IMG/VR virus record: IMGVR_UViG_2834966965_000001 | Reading direction: 5' to 3' (one strand) | Source: an uncultured virus (IMG/VR IMGVR_UViG_2834966965_000001) | Taxonomy: Duplodnaviria; Heunggongvirae; Uroviricota; Caudoviricetes | Length of the DNA: 20,000 nt | Shown here: in pieces, positions 1 to 8,545 of the stretch | Numbering within the stretch: the stretch's first letter is position 1 | Layout of the letters: every line of letters starts with the position of its first letter | Made by a program: the position numbers and the translations under genes | The notes under the pieces: model-generated | What the model was told of the DNA's origin: nothing | Seen by the model: only the letters and a program-made list of their open reading frames with translations | The model's database searches: none

Positions 1-151
1 CCTGTTCAGGAGATAAACCATCATTTGCATATATATGATTATGAATATCTTCGAATATTCTTAACAGGCTACCGCTTTTTTCAAGTGAGGTTTTGTCTTC
101 AAAAGTAAATAGTGGAAGATTGTGTGGATCAGATTCAATATATTTTTTCAT
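1..151 (-). CDS. 5' part of a probable N6-adenine DNA methyltransferase (HsdM/N-6 DNA methylase-like), truncated by the window edge
   Basis: Not in the ORF track. Manual translation from ATG at 151 stays open to position 1: MKKYIESDPHNLPLFTFEDKTSLEKSGSLLRIFEDIHNHIYANDGLSPEQ. The segment FEDIHNHIYANDGL resembles the N-terminal helical region of N-6 DNA methylase-family proteins. It lies directly downstream of the C and R genes and has its own promoter. Confidence 0.6.
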   Translation of the reverse strand, partial: MKKYIESDPHNLPLFTFEDKTSLEKSGSLLRIFEDIHNHIYANDGLSPEQ

Positions 152-153
152 AA

Positions 154-189
154 CACATATATGTTATTCCATTTACACATATGTGTCAA
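154..189 (-). promoter_or_regulatory. sigma70-type promoter of the putative MTase gene, overlapped by a palindrome
   Basis: Minus strand reads TTGACA (189-184), 17 nt, TAACAT (166-161), then ATG at 151 with no SD. A perfect 12-bp palindrome ACACATATGTGT is at 175-186, and a second ACACATAT is at 154-161. Confidence 0.65.
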
Positions 190-193
190 TAGG

Positions 194-1144
194 TTAAACT
201 AGCCTACCGTCAATTTGTGACCTATCTATTCGGCGATAACAGGGTTTAGTTATATTAATACAATCATCTACATCACGATACCATGGCCTTTTTATAATAA
301 CATCGCGTTTAAGACCCTTAACAAGGATATCAATAATATAATTCTGATATAAGTGCTCCGGTGATGATGGAGAGTGACCGATCTCCTCAGGATTCATAAA
401 AACAAATTCGTGCTTTCCTGTTCTCAAGAATAAATCAACGCTCATGATATTAAAATCGCATACTAAAGGTGCGGCCTGATCAATGTTTGTTATAATTCCC
501 ACTCTTTTACTAGGCTGGTGCGTTTCAAGAATAGATATCGCCCCCTCAACATCTCGATATGCCTTTTCTGTAAAATATGACTTATCCAGAGAATACACCC
601 ATGTTTTTAAAGCGGCCTCATTTTCCCAAATATTGTCTAGTGAACAAGATTCGCAACCTGGAAATTCCTTACGCCACTTGAAATCTGGGAATTTCTGATC
701 TGAATGCTTGAGTTCCCACTGTTCTTTAACTTTTAAATAGGTTTGATAACCTTTTTGATATACCGTATCTGCATTTTTTTTGGTGTTAAAAACTCGACCT
801 TTGAGAAAATTAATAACTTTTTCAGGTGAATCGAGTTTACCGCCTCTAAACTCCGAGTTACTCTTTAGCCCTTTACTTTCGATGACCAACCAGTCATCTC
901 CAGTAACACCTCTTTTTCTTACGTAAAAATCACCGCGAGCTTCGGCGTTTTTGGCATCATTCCCGCCACTTGGCTTTTCCTTGATTCTAACTACTTCAAA
1001 ACCCTTATCCTTTAAATAATTCCCGAGTAGCAATTCGCTGATAGCCCCAATGATATACCCCTGTGCACTTGGGCTCTCTATCAAGGCTTGCAAAAAAATA
1101 TCTTCAGCAACACCAAAATTCTTTAAAATAAAATCTTTCAACAT
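194..1144 (-). CDS. putative type II restriction endonuclease (PD-(D/E)XK fold)
   Basis: 316 aa with SE...RGDFYV...VIESK, a PD-(D/E)XK-like catalytic arrangement. It starts 8 nt after the C-protein stop and precedes the MTase-like ORF. Confidence 0.7.
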   Translation of the reverse strand: MLKDFILKNFGVAEDIFLQALIESPSAQGYIIGAISELLLGNYLKDKGFEVVRIKEKPSGGNDAKNAEARGDFYVRKRGVTGDDWLVIESKGLKSNSEFRGGKLDSPEKVINFLKGRVFNTKKNADTVYQKGYQTYLKVKEQWELKHSDQKFPDFKWRKEFPGCESCSLDNIWENEAALKTWVYSLDKSYFTEKAYRDVEGAISILETHQPSKRVGIITNIDQAAPLVCDFNIMSVDLFLRTGKHEFVFMNPEEIGHSPSSPEHLYQNYIIDILVKGLKRDVIIKRPWYRDVDDCINITKPCYRRIDRSQIDGRLV

Positions 1145-1152
1145 AATTTTAA

Positions 1153-1365
1153 CTAAAATTTCAATAAATCACTTACATCAATGTTCAGAGCGATAGCTAT
1201 TTTTTCGATATTTTCCAATGTAATATTCTTCTCTGCCCTTTCAATCATGCCAATATATGTCCGATGGACTCCCGCACGAGCTGCTAGTTCTTCCTGAGAT
1301 AGTCCTTGCCGCACGCGTTCATCTCGAACTCTTTTACCGAATTTAGAAAGTATCTCTTTTGACAT
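1153..1365 (-). CDS. XRE-family HTH controller (C) protein of the R-M system
   Basis: 70 aa, containing LSQEELAARAGVHRTYIGMIERAEKNITLENIEKIA. The HRTY motif is typical of C proteins, and a C-box lies upstream. Confidence 0.9.
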   Translation of the reverse strand: MSKEILSKFGKRVRDERVRQGLSQEELAARAGVHRTYIGMIERAEKNITLENIEKIAIALNIDVSDLLKF

Positions 1366-1378
1366 ATAATTCTTTCCA

Positions 1379-1422
1379 AGTATAATTTACGGCTAACTAT
1401 AGTTCTACATACTATAGTTAGC
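1379..1422 (-). promoter_or_regulatory. C-box operator and C/R promoter
   Basis: A 12-bp inverted repeat GCTAACTATAGT (1392-1403) / ACTATAGTTAGC (1411-1422). The minus strand reads ACTATAGT-ATGTAGA-ACTATAGT, two palindromic operators around a central TGTA as in PvuII/BamHI-type C-boxes. -10 TATACT is at 1384-1379, with a poor -35 inside the operator. Confidence 0.8.
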
Positions 1423-1495
1423 ATGTAGCTAAAAAGCGGAGATTTTTCTCTCTTATCGACTAATCTATCACGTCTGTATCTTGGGGAAGCCCTGA

Positions 1496-1524
1496 TTGTA
1501 TGCAGATATTTTTGGGAGTATAAT
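1496..1524 (+). promoter_or_regulatory. sigma70-type promoter of mrr
   Basis: TTGTAT (1496-1501), 17 nt, TATAAT (1519-1524). SD GGAGG precedes ATG 1569. Confidence 0.6.
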
Positions 1525-1568
1525 TCACCAATGTAAATCAACGAGCTACATCGCATGGAGGTTATAAT

Positions 1569-2474
1569 ATGGCAATACCGGATTTTCAGACCATAATGCT
1601 TCCTTTTCTAAAAATAGCTGAAGATGGGAAAGAGCATTCTAAACGAGAAGCAATAGATAACCTCACTAGTCTATTCAAACTCAGTGAAGCGGAACTAAGA
1701 GAATTGTTACCAAGCGGCAAACAAGAGTTATTTGATAATAGGGTCGGCTGGGCAAGGACTTATTTAAAGAAGGCTGGATTATTAAACACAACTCGAAGAG
1801 GGTATTTCTGCATATCCGAACGGGGTCTAGAATTATTAAAGCAAAACCCAAGTAAAATTGATGTAAATTTACTCAAACAATATCCAGAATTCAAAGAATT
1901 CATTACCTATAAAAGCGATAAAAGTAATATTATTTCCAAAGAAGATGAAAAAACGACTCCTCAAGAGAGCTTGTATAATGCCTATCAGCGAATCACCGAA
2001 GAGCTCGCAAAAGACATTCTTCAGCAAATAAAAATGGTATCTCCAAAAAACTTTGAAAATATAGTGGTTGATCTATTGGTCAAAATGGGTTATGGAGGGA
2101 GCGACAAGGATGCAGCACGTGCAATCGGAAGATCAGGAGATGAAGGTGTTGACGGAGTAATCAATCAAGATACTCTAGGTATTGATAGGATTTATGTACA
2201 AGCCAAACGTTGGAATGATAAATCTGTTGGTCATCCGGATATCAGGGACTTTATCGGCGCGCTTGATTTTAAACATGCTGAGAGGGGAATTTTTATCACC
2301 ACTTCAACTTTCACAAAAGAGGTCAAGGAGAACGTAGACCGCAGTTCCAAAAGGATTATTTTAATTGATGGGGACGAACTCGCCAAGCTAATGATTACTC
2401 ATAAGGTCGGAGTATCTATTGAAGATACATTTGAGTTAAAAAAGATAGATATGGATTATTTTATTGAGGAATAA
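1569..2474 (+). CDS. mrr: Mrr type IV (modification-dependent) restriction endonuclease
   Basis: Mrr_N wHTH (MAIPDFQTIMLPFL...FDNRVGWARTYLKKAGLL) plus Mrr_cat (FENIVVDLLVKMGY...GDEGVDG...YVQAKRW...GIFITTSTF...IILIDG). Confidence 0.95.
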   Translation: MAIPDFQTIMLPFLKIAEDGKEHSKREAIDNLTSLFKLSEAELRELLPSGKQELFDNRVGWARTYLKKAGLLNTTRRGYFCISERGLELLKQNPSKIDVNLLKQYPEFKEFITYKSDKSNIISKEDEKTTPQESLYNAYQRITEELAKDILQQIKMVSPKNFENIVVDLLVKMGYGGSDKDAARAIGRSGDEGVDGVINQDTLGIDRIYVQAKRWNDKSVGHPDIRDFIGALDFKHAERGIFITTSTFTKEVKENVDRSSKRIILIDGDELAKLMITHKVGVSIEDTFELKKIDMDYFIEE

Positions 2475-2499
2475 TTATAATATGACTCTATTTTTCAGG

Positions 2500-2536
2500 G
2501 AAGGAAAATAAAATAGGCGGTTGTTCCGCCTATTTT
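2500..2536. terminator. intrinsic terminator, probably bidirectional, between convergent mrr and the element's last gene
   Basis: Stem AAAATAGGCGG (2510-2520), loop TTGTT, stem CCGCCTATTTT (2526-2536). On the minus strand it is followed by TATTTTATTTT. Confidence 0.85.
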
Positions 2537-2539
2537 GGT

Positions 2540-4840
2540 TTAACTTTTAGATTTACCGCTTCCGTTAGCCAGGGCTAGGACCGCTATTCCGGCCACAGCT
2601 ACCAAGCCCCAAGAAGAACTTGCTGCTGGAGGAGGCGTAACTCCGGAGGGCGTGATTGTGATAGCCTTTTCCGCTACTTTATACCAGCCAGTTGTCGGAG
2701 GAGTAGGACTAATCGGATTAACTACAGCCCCACCTGGACAACCTTCCAAAACCGCCTTGCCGGTTAAAACCGTTTTCCCCATCACTCCCAGGAGTACCTT
2801 AATGGTATCGGTAGCGTCCCGGCCCAGGTGAATCGTGTCCACTTTGCCGCTTAAAGTGCCCAGGGTAACAGTGGTCCGTGTCCACCAGCCGTTAATTTGT
2901 TGCCAGGCATTATCATCAAAGGCCTGGATTTGAACATTTAACTCCAGCGGACTCCCGGTTTTAATTGTGGCAGGTTGCACACCTACGATCTGCCCGGTTA
3001 TTTCCCCGGATCCTGGCGTCGCCACAACAATAACGGCCCCCATCTTGACCGGAGAGATTACCTCAGGACTTGCGATCTTAGCATACACATCATAGGGACT
3101 CTTAGACGGATCTATGCCCTCACTAATGAATATAGGGATCTTGCCGGTCTGTGGACTCCAAGATGCACAAGCCGGGATATTAATATCCTGGGTAGCATTT
3201 AGGACTTCATCAAAGCCGAAAATGCCCTTAATACCGATAGCCCCATAGAGTTGTTTGGAGGTTGCCGGTCCCAGGTATTCAAAGATTGTCTCGATCCAGC
3301 AAGTATTTCCGACACTTACCGGAGAGGTGACTGTTTTAATTACCAGGTTACGGAATTGTGGATTAGTGCCCTGGACGATGATCACGTCTTGCTGGGTAGG
3401 CGAAACGATCTCCGGGAATGCCCCATCAAATTTGGCATAGCAGCTGTAAGGGCTATTTGCCGGATCAATAGCTGAACTGACATTCACATTCACGTCCACG
3501 TAATAGGTAGTCCAGTCATCGGATTTGGGTATCTGGACGCTAACCGATCCGGTAATAATCTCGTCGAAACCGGCCCATCCGGCAGATCCGATAGCTGCGT
3601 AAAGCACCTTAGACATAGCCGATCCACGGTAGTCCCAGGATACCGATATTTTACAGTTTTGCCCTACTTTTACCGGCGTGGTCCAGCTGGTAACCATCAA
3701 ATTCCGGAATTCTGGATTAGGGACCGGATTGCCTCCATTTACAACGATCACATTGGTCAGTGTAGGAGAGCTTACTCCTCCAATCTTGACATAAAGGCAA
3801 TAAGGACTATGAGTGGGATCTATGGCCGAAGTAACAGGGACCGCTATATCCATAGTTACCGAAGTCCAGGACCGGGCCTCCGGCATAAAGAAAAGCTGAT
3901 CTTTCCATTCTATCTCGTCAAACATTCCTAATAATATTTGACCGATGGAAGCGTGTAAGTTTTCCGCACAAGCCGGTCCCTGGTATTCACAAGTTACCCG
4001 GACTTGACAGGTCCCTCCCTGGTCCACCTGAGCCGTATAGCTCACTATCTTTACATTTTTCCAGGCCGAAGCTGGTATGTCCGTCCCTACCATGAGAACG
4101 TTTACCAGCGTGGGCGAGATAATGGTAGGGAATACCCCGTTAAACTTGGCATAGATCGAATATGGCGAATTAGCCGGGTTAATCGCCGTGGTAACCGGCA
4201 CATCTACCCCGACATAGTATTGCGTCCATACCTGAGTTTCCGGGATCTGGACCCATACCTCCCCAGTTAGGATCTCGTCAAAACCGCCCCATCCGGAGGA
4301 CCCTATAGCTGCATGAAGTAGCTTGGAGAGAGCCGGTCCCTGGTATTCAAACTGTACCTCTACCCGGCAGTTTTGCCCGGCCTTGACCGGGTTCGTGTAC
4401 TGATAGGCTGTGAGATTTCTAAACTCGGATTGAGGGACCGGAGGATTGCCAGGAATGGCGGATCCGTAAAAACTTGCCAGGTGTACCATTCCGTCTGGGA
4501 GTCCATATCCCCAATCCATCCAGGCTCTAAATGAGTTCCAATCCCATGACTGAGACGCGTAAGGCGTACCGAATAGGAAAAAGCTGATATAAGAGTTTTC
4601 ATTTGGCATATTAGCCAGGTCATACGCACGGTTATCGCCTCCGTCTCCTCCCCACTGGACCGTTTGATCCAGGACCTTACCATAGGGATTCCCCTGCCAA
4701 AGCTGATATGAGGTAGCAATCAAAAAAGTTTTCCAGAGAGTGCCATCATTGTTAGCCACATACCAATCAATATTCGCCTTGAGCATTTGCCCGGCCGCGA
4801 CCTGGGGAATATCTATGCTGATTAGTTGCCCGGTAATCAT
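2540..4840 (-). CDS. 766-aa beta-sandwich repeat protein with C-terminal membrane anchor (putative spike/adhesion virion protein)
   Basis: Four ~115-120-aa repeats, Pro-rich linkers, and a C-terminal hydrophobic helix (WGLVAVAGIAVLALA) followed by a basic tail. No signal peptide. The start overlaps the upstream stop (ATGA-type 4-nt overlap). Confidence 0.65.
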   Translation of the reverse strand: MITGQLISIDIPQVAAGQMLKANIDWYVANNDGTLWKTFLIATSYQLWQGNPYGKVLDQTVQWGGDGGDNRAYDLANMPNENSYISFFLFGTPYASQSWDWNSFRAWMDWGYGLPDGMVHLASFYGSAIPGNPPVPQSEFRNLTAYQYTNPVKAGQNCRVEVQFEYQGPALSKLLHAAIGSSGWGGFDEILTGEVWVQIPETQVWTQYYVGVDVPVTTAINPANSPYSIYAKFNGVFPTIISPTLVNVLMVGTDIPASAWKNVKIVSYTAQVDQGGTCQVRVTCEYQGPACAENLHASIGQILLGMFDEIEWKDQLFFMPEARSWTSVTMDIAVPVTSAIDPTHSPYCLYVKIGGVSSPTLTNVIVVNGGNPVPNPEFRNLMVTSWTTPVKVGQNCKISVSWDYRGSAMSKVLYAAIGSAGWAGFDEIITGSVSVQIPKSDDWTTYYVDVNVNVSSAIDPANSPYSCYAKFDGAFPEIVSPTQQDVIIVQGTNPQFRNLVIKTVTSPVSVGNTCWIETIFEYLGPATSKQLYGAIGIKGIFGFDEVLNATQDINIPACASWSPQTGKIPIFISEGIDPSKSPYDVYAKIASPEVISPVKMGAVIVVATPGSGEITGQIVGVQPATIKTGSPLELNVQIQAFDDNAWQQINGWWTRTTVTLGTLSGKVDTIHLGRDATDTIKVLLGVMGKTVLTGKAVLEGCPGGAVVNPISPTPPTTGWYKVAEKAITITPSGVTPPPAASSSWGLVAVAGIAVLALANGSGKSKS
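3024..4435 (-). repeat. four tandem protein-level repeats (Ig-like beta-sandwich)
   Basis: Approximate consensus FRNL...PVxxGxxC...EYxGPA...LxAAIG...FDEI...IP...W...IDPxxSPYxxYAK...SP...V, occurring four times. Repeats 1 and 3 are the most similar pair. Confidence 0.9.
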
Positions 4841-5298
4841 TTACTTGCCTCCTTATTGCTGGATCGTCCAGCCCCCAATAGAACAATACCAAACAGGACA
4901 GCGATAGCTATTGCTCCTATTCCGATAGCAGTAGCAGCTCCCGGAGAATATTGGGCAATATCATCTACCTGTTTGACCGTGAAGAAAACAAAGATAATCG
5001 CCAATACCGCCAGGACTCCCAGGATGATCGCATTCCACCAAAGCGGAGAGGCCGAAGCGACTAATTCCACCATGTAATCCGTTGTAAAGATCCCGGATTT
5101 ATCCTCATATACCCTTAACTCCAGAAGTAAGCTGCCCTGGGCCTGGAGTTCGTTTACATGGGCGTTTACCAGGTCCTCAGCCCTCCAGTTGGCCCCCATC
5201 TGATCCGGGAGATTGACCCTGAAAGTATAGACACACCTTTCCGCATGGCCGTTAAATTCCTGGTTTGCTTTAACTTCTTTGATTAATTGATAAGCCAT
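4837..5298 (-). CDS. membrane protein with two C-terminal TM helices (putative virion membrane protein)
   Basis: 153 aa. Hydrophobic stretches LWWNAIILGVLAVLAIIFVFFTV and AIGIGAIAIAVLFGIVLLGA. Confidence 0.7.
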   Translation of the reverse strand: MAYQLIKEVKANQEFNGHAERCVYTFRVNLPDQMGANWRAEDLVNAHVNELQAQGSLLLELRVYEDKSGIFTTDYMVELVASASPLWWNAIILGVLAVLAIIFVFFTVKQVDDIAQYSPGAATAIGIGAIAIAVLFGIVLLGAGRSSNKEASK

Positions 5299-5301
5299 AT
5301 A

Positions 5302-5625
5302 TCACCCCTTTTTAGGTTGATATTTTTCGAGTATGTGTAAGATCGCATTAACGTTCCCCTCGACATTAGCTAGTTTTTCGTTGATCCCTTGAAACGAGTC
5401 CCGGCATTCTGGAATGATCTCCAGATGGACTTGATGAATTTTGCAAGTAAGATCTTGAAAGTCTTTGTCATGTTTCTCCTTAAGTTCTTTAATTTTCACG
5501 TCCTGGTTGGCTAGCTTGGTATTAATGGATCCGATTGTCCGTCCCCAGGCATAAGCCCATACCAGGACATTCAAGATAATCGCGATTAAGACTCCGCTGA
5601 TTATTGCCGAAATGGATAATTCCAT
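5302..5625 (-). CDS. N-terminal TM plus coiled-coil protein (lysis-cassette- or virion-membrane-type)
   Basis: 107 aa. One N-terminal hydrophobic helix followed by a heptad-rich region. Translationally coupled to the upstream ORF (TAATG). Confidence 0.65.
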   Translation of the reverse strand: MELSISAIISGVLIAIILNVLVWAYAWGRTIGSINTKLANQDVKIKELKEKHDKDFQDLTCKIHQVHLEIIPECRDSFQGINEKLANVEGNVNAILHILEKYQPKKG

Positions 5626-5810
5626 TACTTAGTCCCTCCAGGATCCTCAGGTTTTTTACGAAAGTAGTATTGAAGCACTAAGGTCCAGGAGACGATTGTT
5701 GCTCCCAGTACTTCGCTTGGCAGCATTAGCCAGCTATTCACAATCCACAAGGCTGGGATAAGAATAATAAGAAATAAAGCTAGGCGATCATTAAAGAATT
5801 TCCATCCCAT
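5625..5810 (-). CDS. small two-TM holin-like membrane protein
   Basis: 61 aa with two hydrophobic helices and a charged tail (YYFRKKPEDPGGTK). SD GGAGG. Confidence 0.6.
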   Translation of the reverse strand: MGWKFFNDRLALFLIILIPALWIVNSWLMLPSEVLGATIVSWTLVLQYYFRKKPEDPGGTK

Positions 5811-5819
5811 AGGTCCCTC

Positions 5820-6566
5820 CTAGGCCAGATAAACTAACGATATTGTGTACTGTAACCGGATTTGACCTGCGTTTGGAATAAGGATCTCCGGACTCAAAAC
5901 ATCTCGACTAAAGAGAAAATTACTCATGCTGTAGGCTGTACCAGTTTGCATCTTGACGATATAGCCAATTTCTCTTACCGTGATGTCTCCTCCGGAATTA
6001 TTATTCATAAATCTGACCATACTATCGGTTAGAGTTTTAGTGCCAGCGTCATAACTGAGAACAGGGGCCTCTTGAGCAATCATTGAGAGCTGTCCACTCC
6101 CTAGTCCGTTAGCGATTGGAGTTTGTAGGTTGTAATGCTCAAAACTTTCAACTGCCCCATTGGTCCCTACAACTATGCCATGACCGGCATCGTTAGCAGC
6201 CGCCCTTGATCCTCTCCCAGCACTTTCGTTTTCCCTCGTTTCAACATTGTAGTAATCAATATAAGTTACCCAAGCACCATAAGAACCGGTGTATCTGGTA
6301 ATATTTCCGTCAGTTTTTTTATAACTGAGAAGTCCGGATCCATAAGTGGCGTCTGTGGGGTTTGAACTTCCAAGCTGGCAAAAGATCAGGTTATAAGAGT
6401 TCCGTGTCCAGCTATGACTTCGCTGTTTACGGTGAGTCACGATCTTGCCGTTTTGGGTTACTCGAATATCCAAGTGTCCACAAAGGATCGGTATTCCAAG
6501 TTTCTTCCCCAGAGCCTCAAGCCGTTGGTATTTAGCTTCGGTTTCGGGCGTATCTAAAATTAGCAT
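5820..6566 (-). CDS. beta-rich putative virion structural protein, paralog B
   Basis: 248 aa. Shares KQRSHSWTRNxYN, GIVxG, LQTPI, MNNNSGGxITVREI and RDVLxPEIxxPNAGQ with the adjacent ORF. Confidence 0.65.
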   Translation of the reverse strand: MLILDTPETEAKYQRLEALGKKLGIPILCGHLDIRVTQNGKIVTHRKQRSHSWTRNSYNLIFCQLGSSNPTDATYGSGLLSYKKTDGNITRYTGSYGAWVTYIDYYNVETRENESAGRGSRAAANDAGHGIVVGTNGAVESFEHYNLQTPIANGLGSGQLSMIAQEAPVLSYDAGTKTLTDSMVRFMNNNSGGDITVREIGYIVKMQTGTAYSMSNFLFSRDVLSPEILIPNAGQIRLQYTISLVYLA

Positions 6567-6578
6567 TTTATTACTCCT

Positions 6579-7316
6579 TTATACTGGATAGGTCAGCGCG
6601 ATCGTGTAAGTTACTTTTAACTGTCCAGCGTTAGGTAGGGCAATCTCGGGGGCAAGAACGTCTCTTCCAACCATCAGCGTAGGAAATTGACCATAAATCA
6701 TACCTCTAGTGTATTGAGCAATTTCCCTTACCGTGATAATGCCTCCGGAGTTGTTGTTCATGTAACGGGCAATAGCCACACTCCAGGTTTTGGTTCCGGC
6801 ATCCCAGGACTTTACATTAGTCAAATGAGCCGAGTAGTTGAGTTTTCCAGATGAGGCCCCTTCGGTAATGGGCGTCTGGAGAGCAAATCCGTTGAAGTCC
6901 TCGACAGCGTTTCCGGATCCTGCGACAATTCCAGCAGCTAGGGATCCAGTATCGGCCCGGTAGCTACTGCCAAGACCTTCGGAGTCCCCAGGGGCGAAGT
7001 TGCTAATTCCGCTTACAATGTGTCCAGCGTAATTATTACCGTAAATAGTTCCGTTGGTGTACTTCATGGTCAGGACTCCACCCTCGAAAGTGGCCCCTGA
7101 GTAGTTTTTGGCAGTTAATTGAGTGAACAAGCCATTATAAGCGTTCCGTGTCCAGCTATGACTCCGTTGCTTATGATGATGGATAGTCTTTCCCTTCAAG
7201 GTGACTTCCATTTCCAGGAAACACTCCGGGACCGGGATACCAAGCTCAAGTCCCAATTTAGCCATTTCCCGGTATTCTCTTTCGGATTTCTTTGGTTCTG
7301 TATATTTACAGGTCAT
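6579..7316 (-). CDS. beta-rich putative virion structural protein, paralog A
   Basis: 245 aa. Tandem paralog of 5820-6566. SD AGGAGG. Confidence 0.65.
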   Translation of the reverse strand: MTCKYTEPKKSEREYREMAKLGLELGIPVPECFLEMEVTLKGKTIHHHKQRSHSWTRNAYNGLFTQLTAKNYSGATFEGGVLTMKYTNGTIYGNNYAGHIVSGISNFAPGDSEGLGSSYRADTGSLAAGIVAGSGNAVEDFNGFALQTPITEGASSGKLNYSAHLTNVKSWDAGTKTWSVAIARYMNNNSGGIITVREIAQYTRGMIYGQFPTLMVGRDVLAPEIALPNAGQLKVTYTIALTYPV

Positions 7317-7327
7317 TATTGCCTCCT

Positions 7328-8545
7328 TTAGTACGTCCCGATCCAGACCCTGCCTAAGATTGGCTGAGTGGTTTGGCTAGTGTATGCCGTAACTTCGGCT
7401 TTTACCCAATAGAGGTTATAGGCCAGGATTGTTGTTATGGCCCAATCCCCAGGTCTGGTGAAGTGGATAGTATGTCTGCCTGGACGTTTCCAGCTATTTG
7501 ATTTGTCCCCATCGCTACTTAAAGTTAGAGGTAGCCAAGAGACACCATTGTAATATTTCCAGGTGATTGTGTATGTTCCGACTCCGGCTTGGTTTACCCA
7601 CACGTTCACGTAGTCAAACGGAGAACTATTACCAACGTAAAGACCATCCCCAACAGCCGTTGGATTTGGAGTGGCCGGAACATCAAGAGAGTTATTTCCA
7701 TACTCCTCAAACAACAATTCTCTAGTGGCGTCAGCGGTCCATGATCCTCCGGAGTTGGTAGAACTACACTTTTGCCCTCCAGCATATCCGGCAGCCGAAG
7801 ATCTCCAGTTAAGGGTCCCGGCGGCCGTTCTCACGACAATAGCGTAAACGGTTCCAGCAGTTAAAGCGGTTCCAGCCCCTAGAGAGATGTCGTAAACTCT
7901 TTCGTCATTTGAGCTACTAAGTTGGCCTCCGTCCAGGGTTCCACTACAAAGATCGCCTCCAGTGGGCAGACCGCCAGATGTAGCCCGGATTGAGACGGTA
8001 ATTGCCCCAACACTAGATCCATAAAGGCAAAGCCTCACTCCCCGGATAGTGTGATTTGTGCCTGGAGTAAAGGTCATGGCTTTCCAGGTAGTATTAGTAA
8101 TACTTTCCTGGTTGTCGTCATTTTGTAGCCAGGACTGATCTACTACAGGGTCGCTATTGGCCTGGGTTGTTACTTCGGTATCTGTGGGAGGCGCATCATC
8201 ATGGCTGACAACTCTTTCCGAGTCGCTGATGGCAGCTTGAATGCAAACCTGGGCAATAGTGGGAACAGGACACGTCAGGCTAGGCGTAGCGGTTTCCGCA
8301 CCGCTAAAGGTAGCAATAGCCTGGGCCTGGATGGTAGGAACCGGAATATTCAGACTTGGGCGAGCTTGAGCTTGCCACTGGACCATTGTGCCCTCAATCC
8401 CAAATATAATCGTATGCCACTTGATATTAGGGGCAGCCAGGTCAGCATCTACTCCCACCAGGCCGGAGGGGTTGCCTCGATGGAGTCCCTTTTTGTAATC
8501 TGAGCTATCGGGAGATAAGAACCTACGAGCTACATAAAATCCCAT
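7328..8545 (-). CDS. multi-domain putative spike/turret or receptor-binding protein
   Basis: 405 aa, rich in T/G/S. It has a short internal repeat (PSLNIPVPTI / PSLTCPVPTI) and two beta-sandwich-like regions resembling carbohydrate-binding modules (AMTFTPG...VRLCL...ITVSIR; DYVNVWV...TWKYYNG..W..L). Confidence 0.55.
   Translation of the reverse strand: MGFYVARRFLSPDSSDYKKGLHRGNPSGLVGVDADLAAPNIKWHTIIFGIEGTMVQWQAQARPSLNIPVPTIQAQAIATFSGAETATPSLTCPVPTIAQVCIQAAISDSERVVSHDDAPPTDTEVTTQANSDPVVDQSWLQNDDNQESITNTTWKAMTFTPGTNHTIRGVRLCLYGSSVGAITVSIRATSGGLPTGGDLCSGTLDGGQLSSSNDERVYDISLGAGTALTAGTVYAIVVRTAAGTLNWRSSAAGYAGGQKCSSTNSGGSWTADATRELLFEEYGNNSLDVPATPNPTAVGDGLYVGNSSPFDYVNVWVNQAGVGTYTITWKYYNGVSWLPLTLSSDGDKSNSWKRPGRHTIHFTRPGDWAITTILAYNLYWVKAEVTAYTSQTTQPILGRVWIGTY

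Noticed and set aside
1284..1556. 90-aa minus-strand ORF overlapping the C gene, and the 483-698 plus-strand ORF
   Set aside because: The first runs across the C-box and the divergent promoters; the second is antisense to the REase. Neither has protein-like features.
6391..7163. Diversity-generating retroelement TR/VR pair
   Set aside because: The repeat is only 29 nt, lies in conserved coding motifs of both paralogs, and there is no reverse transcriptase.
5820..8545. Interpretation as a tailed-phage tail/baseplate module or contractile injection system
   Set aside because: The paralogs faintly recall tail-fibre N-terminal domains, but no terminase, portal, HK97 capsid, sheath, tube or tape measure is recognisable, and the capsid candidate is DJR-like.
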